From: Desulfuromonadaceae bacterium
GTDB lineage: Bacteria > Desulfobacterota > Desulfuromonadia > Desulfuromonadales > Desulfuromonadaceae
DNA: 64,000 bases
Assembly: GCA_034007015.1 (NCBI GenBank)
Contig: JAVERS010000004.1
Location: forward strand, 15,336-79,335
Reading direction: 5' to 3'
Shown: piece after piece, positions 56,353 through 63,993 of the stretch
How the letters are laid out: every line of letters starts with the position of its first letter
Position numbering within the stretch: position 1 is the first letter of the stretch
The notes under the pieces: model-generated
Databases searched by the model: none
Told to the model about the DNA's origin: nothing
What the model saw: only the letters and a program-made list of their open reading frames with translations
Position numbers and translations under genes: made by a program

Positions 56353-56361
56353 GAGATTACT

Positions 56362-56448
56362 ATGTTATTACTCATTCTCTGGGTCGGCATAATTGTAGCA
56401 TCATATTTTGGTGCAATTAAATTGTTGGAACGCTTCAACCTGATATAA
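56362..56448 (+). CDS. 28-aa single-TM peptide, candidate bd-oxidase small subunit (CydX/CydS-like)
   Basis: Not in the ORF track because it is under 60 aa. AGGAGA RBS (56351-56356), then ATG 56362 9 nt after the cydB stop. It encodes MLLLILWVGIIVASYFGAIKLLERFNLI and is followed by a 13-bp terminator stem. Confidence 0.55.
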   Translation: MLLLILWVGIIVASYFGAIKLLERFNLI

Positions 56449-56485
56449 CCACACACCGAACAGCATATAGTTCGCAGACCTCATA

Positions 56486-56518
56486 CAGCCCCCTGAACAC
56501 AACAGGTTCAGGGGGCTG
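56486..56518 (+). terminator. Terminator hairpin closing the cyd operon
   Basis: Perfect 13-bp stem cagccccctgaac / gttcagggggctg with a 7-nt loop. The U-tract is weak. Confidence 0.6.
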
Positions 56519-56784
56519 TAATTACCCTTGACAAACCCCCGGCAAACAATTACCTTTCCTATCTAAGAATAATTATCGCATTAATGGCGCTGCATTAGCA
56601 AAACACAAACCATGGTTACACCTTGAAATTTATTCAAACAACGCTATCCTGTAAGATGTACATAATAAATAACCCCCAACTTTTTATATTGTTTCCTGAT
56701 ACCAATTATGGTCACACGGAGAAACCAGACTGAGTCTGTTTCTCTTTTGTATGTTATTTTTATTTTATTCAAAGGAGTAGAAAC

Positions 56785-57849
56785 ATGAAACGTATCATTG
56801 CAGTAGCTGTCGCCTCGATGCTGACAGTTTCCACCTTGGCATTTGCCTCAGACGCAGAACTGCGTGCCATGAGCAGGAGCATGTTCAAGCCCATCCCTGC
56901 AAGCGCACCTGAGCTGGCAGGCAACAAAGCCAACCCGGAAAAACTTAAGCTCGGCCACATGCTGTACTTCGAGCCACGCCTCTCCTCCTCCCAGCTTATC
57001 AGCTGCCAGACCTGCCACAATGTTGGCCTTGCTGGTGCTGATCTGCAGGAGACATCAACTGGACACGGATGGCAAAAAGGACCGCGTAACTCCCCCACCA
57101 CCTACAATGCAGTATTCAACACGGCTCAGTTCTGGGATGGACGCGCCAAAGACCTAGCAGAGCAGTCAAAAGGGCCGGTGCAGGCGTCTGTAGAGATGAA
57201 CAACACCCCAGAAAAAGTGATCGAGACGTTGAATTCAATCCCCGAATACGTGGAACTGTTTAAGAAAGCGTTCCCCGGTGAGAAAGTTGCGGTCACCTTC
57301 GACAACATGGCCAAAGCTATTGAGATTTTCGAAGCGACTCTACTTACCCCCAATGATCCCTTTGACCGTTTCATGGCCGGCGACAACGCTGCCCTGAGCG
57401 CAACGCAGAAACAAGGGCTCGAACTCTTTATCAACCGTGGTTGTGTAGGTTGCCATGGCGGCGTGAATCTGGGTGGTACAGGCTACTTCCCCTTCGGAGT
57501 AGTTGAAAAACCCAACGCAGAGTTACTTCCGGAAGGGGACAAGGGGCGCTTCCAGGTAACCAACACTGCAGCAGATGAGTATGTGTTCCGCTCCCCGGCG
57601 TTGCGTAACGTTGCCCTCACCTACCCGTACTTCCACACGGGTAAAGTATGGGATCTCAACACTGCAGTAGAAATTATGAGCAGCTCCCAGTTGGGTATGG
57701 ATCTTAACAAGGAAGAGGCTGCAAAGATTACGAGTTTCCTCAGAGCTCTCACTGGTGAGCAGCCGATAATTGAGCATCCACTCCTACCACCGAGCACCAG
57801 CAAAACACCGCAGCCGAACCTGATGGTAGAAAGCGCAGTCACCAACTAA
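56785..57849 (+). CDS. ccpA: Diheme cytochrome c peroxidase (CcpA/MacA type)
   Basis: Signal peptide, CQTCHN and CVGCHGG heme sites, and conserved NSPT..N..FN..QFWDGRA and PYFHTG. Confidence 0.93.
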   Translation: MKRIIAVAVASMLTVSTLAFASDAELRAMSRSMFKPIPASAPELAGNKANPEKLKLGHMLYFEPRLSSSQLISCQTCHNVGLAGADLQETSTGHGWQKGPRNSPTTYNAVFNTAQFWDGRAKDLAEQSKGPVQASVEMNNTPEKVIETLNSIPEYVELFKKAFPGEKVAVTFDNMAKAIEIFEATLLTPNDPFDRFMAGDNAALSATQKQGLELFINRGCVGCHGGVNLGGTGYFPFGVVEKPNAELLPEGDKGRFQVTNTAADEYVFRSPALRNVALTYPYFHTGKVWDLNTAVEIMSSSQLGMDLNKEEAAKITSFLRALTGEQPIIEHPLLPPSTSKTPQPNLMVESAVTN

Positions 57850-57885
57850 GCAGCGGTGCGGATAGCCACTCAACCATGTTCTGGA

Positions 57886-57911
57886 GGTGTGATGCGTTAA
57901 CGCATCACACC
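57886..57911 (+). terminator. Terminator hairpin after ccpA
   Basis: 11-bp stem ggtgtgatgcg / cgcatcacacc with a ttaa loop, followed by ttcgg. The U-tract is weak. Confidence 0.5.
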
Positions 57912-58073
57912 TTCGGCTTAGCATCTATGGATGCATTACCCATTGATATGGCTGGATTGAGTGTTAGCCTCAACATGACTGTTTATTCGCGCAGCATTTA
58001 AATTCTCATACAGTTAAGTTTGAGGCAGGGATAAAAATAAACTTGAATCACAACCCTACAGTGGAGAAGTGCC

Positions 58074-58595
58074 ATGGCAGAAAAACGTACAGGTGTAATT
58101 ACATTCAAAAAAAAACCCATGACCCTGCTCGGCCCCGATATTGACGTTGGTAGCCAAGCCCCCGATTTTGAGGTGGTGGACAGCGATCTGAAGTCGGTAA
58201 CCCGTGACAGTGCCAAGGGTAAGATACAACTGATAACCGTAGTTCCTTCCATCGATACTGAAATATGTGACATTATGACGCGCCAGTTCAACAAAGACGT
58301 TTCAGTCCTACCGAAGGATAGAGTTGTGGTATACACCATCAGCGTGGATCTCCCCTTCGCCCAAAAACGCTGGTGTGTCAACGCCGACGTGCAACGGACG
58401 CAACTCCTCTCTGACTACAAGGAGCGCAGCTTCGGGCTGAACTATGGTCTCCTCATCGATGAACTTAAGTTTCTAGCCCGTGCCGTCTACGTCATTGATG
58501 CCACGGGCAAGGTAGCCTATCGCGAAATCGTCCCCGAAATAACTGATGAACCGAACTATTCCGCTGCCTTGAATGCTGTTAAAGCATTGCTGTAA
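58074..58595 (+). CDS. tpx: Thiol peroxidase (atypical 2-Cys peroxiredoxin)
   Basis: PSIDTEICD (peroxidatic Cys) and FAQKRWC (resolving Cys). 173 aa. Confidence 0.93.
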   Translation: MAEKRTGVITFKKKPMTLLGPDIDVGSQAPDFEVVDSDLKSVTRDSAKGKIQLITVVPSIDTEICDIMTRQFNKDVSVLPKDRVVVYTISVDLPFAQKRWCVNADVQRTQLLSDYKERSFGLNYGLLIDELKFLARAVYVIDATGKVAYREIVPEITDEPNYSAALNAVKALL

Positions 58596-58623
58596 TAGCG
58601 CATAAGAAAACATCCTCTTTCAT

Positions 58624-58652
58624 AAAAAAGGCCCTCTATGAGGGCCTTTTTT
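58624..58652 (+). terminator. Rho-independent terminator after tpx
   Basis: aaaaaa-aggccctc-tat-gagggcct-tttttt. Confidence 0.85.
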
Positions 58653-58736
58653 GCTCAGTCGTTTTATAGCGGATAACGAATAAAACTACAAAATCTGAGA
58701 ACTCCGAAGACACCATCCTACAAAGTCTATAGCTCA

Positions 58737-59213
58737 ATGAAACCACAGAAAGGCTCTATTTTGTTACATATATTCATCGATGCGGATGCCTGCCCGGTCA
58801 AACAGGAGGTATACCGCGTAGCCAGGCGCTATAAACTCCAGGTTACCTTGGTAGCAAACTCCTGGATGCGCATTCCGCACGAGCAGGGGATATCTCTTGA
58901 AGTTGTGGGGGCTGGGGCAGATGCAGCCGACGACTGGATAGTTGGCCAGGTTCAGCCAGATGACATAGTAATAACTGCAGATATTCCCCTTGCGAGTAGA
59001 TGCCTGAAGAAAAACGCAGCTGTCATTGGAACCACAGGAAAGCCGTTTACCGAAAGCAACATAGGTGATTGTGTCGCAACTCGGGATCTACTATCCGAAC
59101 TACGCGATGCGGGAGAAACAACAGGTGGACCGCCGCCATTGAAAAAAAGTGACCGCTCCCGCTTTCTCCAGCGCCTAGATGAGGCTATACAGGCGATTCG
59201 ACGCAAACATTGA
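58737..59213 (+). CDS. yaiI: YaiI/YqxD family protein (UPF0178/DUF188)
   Basis: IFIDADACPVK..V..VA.R......VAN matches the UPF0178 N-terminal signature. Confidence 0.8.
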   Translation: MKPQKGSILLHIFIDADACPVKQEVYRVARRYKLQVTLVANSWMRIPHEQGISLEVVGAGADAADDWIVGQVQPDDIVITADIPLASRCLKKNAAVIGTTGKPFTESNIGDCVATRDLLSELRDAGETTGGPPPLKKSDRSRFLQRLDEAIQAIRRKH

Positions 59214-59413
59214 CCCGCTCACCTTCATGCTACTAAGCAGAAACGGATTTGTGAATTTTACCCTGGCACAGAAGGTTCTTTTCTGCATATTTCCTAATAA
59301 ACTACGCGCAAAGGGTTTTTTATCGTGTACAATATTAAGAGTAGCAAAAAGGTAGCTTGCCATGTGCCCAGAACAAAAAAACAGGCACTAATTTTAACAA
59401 GGAGGAATTGAAA

Positions 59414-59857
59414 ATGAGAAGTTTGACTATGGGCTTAACGTTAAGTTTTATGCTTTTATTTGCCGCAGCAAATGTTTACAGCCACTGTGAAATCCCATGC
59501 GGTATATATGATGATCCGCTGCGGATAAGTCTGCTCAAAGAACACATCACCACCATAGAAAAATCGATGAAAACCATCCATACCCTTGAAAAATCTGCAG
59601 ATCATCATACGCATCAACTCATGCGCTGGGTGAATAACAAAGAAGACCATGCGAACAAATTTCAGGAGATTGTTGCGCAATATTTTATGACCCAACGCAT
59701 CGGCGCGGATGATGCAAATTACGCAAAAAAGATCCAGGCGCTGCATCAGATGCTTGTGTATGCCATGAAATGCAAACAGACAACTGATTTGGACCACATT
59801 GAAACACTTAAAACCCTGGTGGCTGAGTTCGAGAAGCTTTACTTCGCTAAAAAATAG
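59414..59857 (+). CDS. sodN: Nickel superoxide dismutase precursor
   Basis: Ni-hook HCEIPCGIYDD (compare Streptomyces HCDLPCGVYDP) directly after a 23-aa leader, MRSLTMGLTLSFMLLFAAANVYS. ATG 59414 follows an AAGGAGGA RBS; the ORF-track start at 59357 has no RBS. Confidence 0.9.
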   Translation: MRSLTMGLTLSFMLLFAAANVYSHCEIPCGIYDDPLRISLLKEHITTIEKSMKTIHTLEKSADHHTHQLMRWVNNKEDHANKFQEIVAQYFMTQRIGADDANYAKKIQALHQMLVYAMKCKQTTDLDHIETLKTLVAEFEKLYFAKK

Positions 59858-60005
59858 CTTATCCGGCAAAACATCCACATCGAATGACAGAAAACTAGCA
59901 CCAGGTTATTTTATCCATGCAGAAACGAACGGGCCGCTGTTGACACATTAGCGTCACAGGCGGCCCGTGTTGAAGGGTCTATCAGACCTTAGCTAGGGGG
60001 ACAAA

Positions 60006-60785
60006 TTATTTTGCCATTGCCCCTATGGCTTTTGTGGGATTTGCTTCTACTCTTTTCAGGATTGCGGCAGATTTTTCTTCAGGCAACCAATTGATATTAC
60101 CATTAGATACATCATAAACCGCCCCAACAACTTTGACTTTTCCCGCATTCACTAAATTACGCGAAACAGGACTGTGCATAAATAGATCCTCAATCCCCTG
60201 CCAGATATTTTCTTCAACAGCATACGGGATCACCTCAGCACCGTGGAGATCAGGATTCTTTGCCATCGCCTTTTCCACCGCGGGGATAATGTTATCAACC
60301 AAAGGTGGTATATTCCTCTCAAGTGGATGTCCATGCCCCTGGACAGTGTTTGTCACCGCTGTTACGGCCCCACACTGAGTATGTCCCAGCACGACAAAGA
60401 CAGGGGTATTTACATGTACCAGACCATATTCAACAGATCCTATCTCATCAACATCCAACACATTTCCGGCAACACGAATAACAAAAAGATCCATTACACC
60501 AGCATCAAACAAGATCTCCACCGGAACTCTGGAATCAGAGCAGGCTATTATAGTTGCATAAGCGTGATCGGCCTGGCTTTCCTTGCCAGCAAGGGCAAGG
60601 CGTGACGCGTCGGCATGCGGTTGCGTAGCGCTTCCCGTAGCAAAACGTGTATTCCCAGCTTTCAACATCGCTATTACCTCATCCGGACTTGGCTTGACTA
60701 CCATACTTTCTCTGGCCAAAGCCGAACCACAGGTAAGAGCTATTAAACAGATGACCATCCCTGCTCTGTAAATATTTTTTAGCAT
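60006..60785 (-). CDS. Beta-class carbonic anhydrase with N-terminal signal peptide
   Basis: Zinc ligands CSDSRV and HTQCGAV. Leader MLKNIYRAGMVICLIALTCGSALA|RES. Start at 60785 after GGGAGA. Confidence 0.85.
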   Translation of the reverse strand: MLKNIYRAGMVICLIALTCGSALARESMVVKPSPDEVIAMLKAGNTRFATGSATQPHADASRLALAGKESQADHAYATIIACSDSRVPVEILFDAGVMDLFVIRVAGNVLDVDEIGSVEYGLVHVNTPVFVVLGHTQCGAVTAVTNTVQGHGHPLERNIPPLVDNIIPAVEKAMAKNPDLHGAEVIPYAVEENIWQGIEDLFMHSPVSRNLVNAGKVKVVGAVYDVSNGNINWLPEEKSAAILKRVEANPTKAIGAMAK

Positions 60786-60987
60786 GTACTGTTTCTCCCT
60801 TAAACTTCCATTAAAATCGATAAACAATAAAAACATGTGTTAAGCCATGCCACATTGGGGAGATAGAACCCTTGTTCGAACAATACAGCTTTCAGCAAAA
60901 AGATGGAACAATTTATACTCTAAGCTACTCTATCAAATTCAGCGCCAGCAGATAATTAAGCCACTGGCGTTGAACTAGACACCTGCA

Positions 60988-62412
60988 CTACAACTGGCGC
61001 ATAAATGCTGTCAATGCAGCCTTCTCCTCTTTGGTCAGGTTCAGTTCAGTAACTACGTTGAAAAACTCTACCGTGTCCTCAAGGGTCAACAAACGGCCGT
61101 CATGCATATAGGGTGGTGAGTCTTTTATCCCACGTAGGGTAAAGCTTTTGATGGGACCTACTGGGGTGATCCATTTTCCATTGCTCATTCTCGACTCGTA
61201 AAAACGCCCTACCTTAAGGTCATGCATCCTATCATCGGTATAAAACGGCGCGGGATGGCAGACACTACACTGCCCTTTGCCGAAGAAAATCTCCTGCCCC
61301 AACATTTCCTGTTTCGTGGCCGTCGCTGGGTCTAGCTTGCCGAACACGTTGAGCTTTGGTGCTGGGGGAAAATCAAACAGATTCTGCATCTGTGCCATCA
61401 TTGCCGCCTGACTGGCGCGATCCGGCACATTTATCCCTTTTTTTGTGGCAATCACGTGGTCCCCGTCGAAATAGGCTGTACGCTGTTCAAATTCGGTAAA
61501 GTCCTCAATCGACCTCAGGGAACGCTTTGAGCCATGAATCTGCTGATTGTACATGCCACGCAGACTCACTGAGTCTAGACGAAAACGGGCGACTTGGGGA
61601 CGGGTATCCGGATTCAGGTGGTATGTCGCATTGGTGTGACCATTGGTATGACAATCCAGGCAGGCTACGCCCATACTGGGTTTTTCTACTTTCCTATCCT
61701 CAGTCTGATTGAATTGCTGCTGTGTGAAGGGGGTAAGGAGCAACCTTAACCCTTCCATCTGAACCGGGGTAAGAATTCCACTCATCAATTCATAATAGTT
61801 GTCTATGCTGAGCATTTTTCCTTGAGATACATCCCCCAGTTCTGGATGGGTGGTCAAATACATTGGCGGGGGAAATTCTGGGATAAAATGTAGCGGCAGA
61901 TCAAAGTCAACATCGAAGCGTTTAAGTGAGCGTTGCTCCAACCTTTGTATCTCATCGATTTGCTCCTTAGGAAACACCTGCCCCCCAGTTGCATGTTTGG
62001 TATGCGGGAGAGGCAAAAAACCCTCGGGAAAAAGGTCTTTCTCTTTAATTTCCGCTGCGGTCATAGCATTTAACTTTTCCCACGTCATCGATTTTGGAAG
62101 TTTTACCCGCACCCCTTCCTGGATTGGCTTTCTCTTTCCCGACATCATCACCTCGGCGGGTCGATCACTTAAATCATAGCGGCGTTCCAAAAGCGCCTGT
62201 TGCCGCTCCATCACTTTCGGCTTCTCTTTCACCTCTTTCTTCATGGTGGTATTAAAGTCTTCCTCAATCACAACCGGCATGTACGTCTGTGGGTTAGGAT
62301 CAACCTCTGCGGGGATCTGTGCATCAATCGCATAAGCGATGCCCACAGTGATCAGAACCAAGCATAGAACCCCAATGCATCCCCACCATCTTTTATTAAA
62401 ATTGCTCCTCAT
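60988..62412 (-). CDS. Long (474 aa) CCP/MauG-superfamily diheme protein
   Basis: N-terminal TM or signal segment. Heme sites CLDCH and CSVCH. C-terminal SPPYMHDGRLLTLEDTVEFFN is typical of the diheme peroxidase fold. A ~230-aa N-terminal extension has no recognisable motif. Confidence 0.75.
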   Translation of the reverse strand: MRSNFNKRWWGCIGVLCLVLITVGIAYAIDAQIPAEVDPNPQTYMPVVIEEDFNTTMKKEVKEKPKVMERQQALLERRYDLSDRPAEVMMSGKRKPIQEGVRVKLPKSMTWEKLNAMTAAEIKEKDLFPEGFLPLPHTKHATGGQVFPKEQIDEIQRLEQRSLKRFDVDFDLPLHFIPEFPPPMYLTTHPELGDVSQGKMLSIDNYYELMSGILTPVQMEGLRLLLTPFTQQQFNQTEDRKVEKPSMGVACLDCHTNGHTNATYHLNPDTRPQVARFRLDSVSLRGMYNQQIHGSKRSLRSIEDFTEFEQRTAYFDGDHVIATKKGINVPDRASQAAMMAQMQNLFDFPPAPKLNVFGKLDPATATKQEMLGQEIFFGKGQCSVCHPAPFYTDDRMHDLKVGRFYESRMSNGKWITPVGPIKSFTLRGIKDSPPYMHDGRLLTLEDTVEFFNVVTELNLTKEEKAALTAFMRQL

Positions 62413-62625
62413 ACCGCTTCTCCTTTTTATAATTAAATAGCCAACACTTAAGCCATTACTACCTAGAGAACACTAACTCAGTGTGGGAAAGAAGCAAGGA
62501 GGGAGGGGAAGAAAGATAAAGTTAAACGTATCACCTTCGTTCTTCAGCTTTAGACACTCGCTTTACACCTATCAGGCTGATTTTACTCTAAGGCTGATAA
62601 ATTCTCAAATCCGTAGGGTTAATAT

Positions 62626-62670
62626 AAAAAAAGCACAAGGCTCAACCAAATGGCTGAACCTTGCGCTTTT
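62626..62670 (-). terminator. Rho-independent terminator after the thioredoxin-like gene
   Basis: Minus strand: gcgcaaggttcag-(8 nt)-ttgagccttgtgc (13 positions: 10 Watson-Crick pairs, 2 G·U wobbles and one terminal A·G mismatch), followed by ttttttt. Confidence 0.75.
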
Positions 62671-62720
62671 ATCGTAGCAACAGTGTATTCACTGTTGCCG
62701 CGCGCAACGCTATGCTTGTG

Positions 62721-63293
62721 TTACAGCAGGCTGTAAGGAGTTGCGCGTGCCACCCAAGTGCTATGCGGATAATCTTTTTTCAAACTCTGGTAGAGGTTTT
62801 TGAGGTGATTTACATCTTTAGTTTCAATATAATTGGCCACCCCTTTCAGGTAGACCGCCTCAGGGGCCGAACTACTATTGGGATAATCCTGCAAAACCAA
62901 GTCAAACTGTTTAATCGCGCCAGGACGTTCACCTTTATCAAATTGAGCCTTACCCATCCCTAGCAGCAGACTTGGGACAAACTCCTCTGGCGGGAAAAAC
63001 CCCATAGTGCGGGAAAGCTCAGCGCCAGAAGCATCCAGCAGGAGCAACAGCGGAGTCCACTTCACCTTAAACTGAGGCGCGAGTTCCTTATGATCAGAGG
63101 CGATACGCAGGGGTACGAGATTACTGGAAATAAAATCGATTACGCTTGAGTGTGGATACGAAACTGCATCCATCTGTTTGCAACCAATTCAGCCGGGGTT
63201 GAAGAAATCAAGGAAGATCAGTTTTCCGTCTTTTCCAGCAACACTCTTCGCTTCGTCGAGGGACTCTAGCCACTGGATGTTTTTCTTTGCCAT
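62721..63293 (-). CDS. Thioredoxin-fold (Thioredoxin_7-like) protein with TPR-like C-terminus; probable selenoprotein with in-frame UGA (UxxC)
   Basis: Reading upstream from the tracked ORF (start 63173) in frame crosses a single TGA (complement 63189-63191). It reaches an ATG (complement 63291-63293) that has AAGGAGA 7 nt upstream. The joined N-terminus is MAKKNIQWLESLDEAKSVAGKDGKLIFLDFFNPG-U-IGCKQMDAVSYP, which matches the ..DF.a.WC..Ck.m.. redox-motif context. Confidence 0.7.
63153..63172 (-). promoter_or_regulatory. Candidate bacterial SECIS hairpin
   Basis: mRNA UGGAUGC-AGUUUC-GUAUCCA: 7 bp including one G·U, with a 6-nt loop containing GU. The stem starts 16 nt after the UGA, so the loop begins about 23 nt downstream. 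Confidence 0.45.
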
Positions 63294-63606
63294 CGTAGAT
63301 TCTCCTTTTAATAGTATTGGGCACGTGTTTTCTCTATAATCCTAGATCAAAAATCAAATCATGCAATGTGGATTCACACATTTTATGGATACTTTTCCTT
63401 CCTATCATGCATATCCCCTCCTTTTGCCTTGCCGCGCAAATAAAACTGAGCACATATCGGTAAGATCACACAAAACCCAGCACAAACGACAATGGAAACC
63501 GATGGGGGCCAATGGGGCATAACTTGAGTTCCAGCAAAACCCCTCTACAATGAACCATGTCGCAACCATTTTTAGTAACGTTTAAATGATGCCAATGGAG
63601 GGACCC

Positions 63607-63993
63607 ATGAAGCAGCGAAATAAAAAGATCGCCGTATTAGCGTTTATTGCTATTTTATTCGGGATAGCGACCATTTTTGCTGGTGGGCGGGTGCTTCTGG
63701 GTGCCGACCCTGGGTATGTGGTATTTCGCCCTCTGCTTATCTTCAACACCGTGATGGGAGTGGCATATCTGGGGGTTGGAGCCATTCTTTGGTGCAACCC
63801 AGTTCAAGGCAAATATGGTGCAGGAGCTATTTTCCTCCTCAACCTTCTAGTGTTGATAACAATTGTGCTGCTGTATCGCAGTGGCGCACCTATCGCGGTG
63901 GATAGTCTGCGGGCGATGTCAGTGCGTACAGGGGTGTGGCTGGGGGTGTTTCTGGCCGCTGCGTGGCTGAGTCGCGCACGAAACCTCACGTAA
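63607..63993 (+). CDS. Hypothetical 4-TM membrane protein
   Basis: Hydrophobic ORF. Start at MKQRNKK (63607) or at 63586. No recognisable family. Confidence 0.5.
   Translation: MKQRNKKIAVLAFIAILFGIATIFAGGRVLLGADPGYVVFRPLLIFNTVMGVAYLGVGAILWCNPVQGKYGAGAIFLLNLLVLITIVLLYRSGAPIAVDSLRAMSVRTGVWLGVFLAAAWLSRARNLT

Noticed and set aside
56564-56586. taagaataattatcgcattaatg upstream of ccpA as a PerR/Fur-type box
   Set aside because: It contains an ATAATTAT core, but the flanks are not symmetric (no 7-1-7 inverted repeat). It is too weak without comparative data.
59264-59288. TGGCAC…TTCTGCAT resembling a sigma54 -24/-12 promoter upstream of sodN
   Set aside because: The spacing is wrong. With TGGCAC at -24, the -12 position reads GTTC rather than TTGC, and the GC of ctgca lies about 9 nt too far downstream.
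59357-59413. The 19-codon upstream extension of sodN given in the ORF track (MPCAQNKKTGTNFNKEELK)
   Set aside because: There is no RBS before ATG 59357. A strong AAGGAGGA sits inside this extension, at the right distance from ATG 59414. The extension would also bury the signal peptide.
62483-62963. Plus-strand ORFs 62483..62677 and 62661..62963
   Set aside because: The first lies in the terminator/intergenic region. The second is antisense to the Trx-like gene. Neither has an RBS or motifs.
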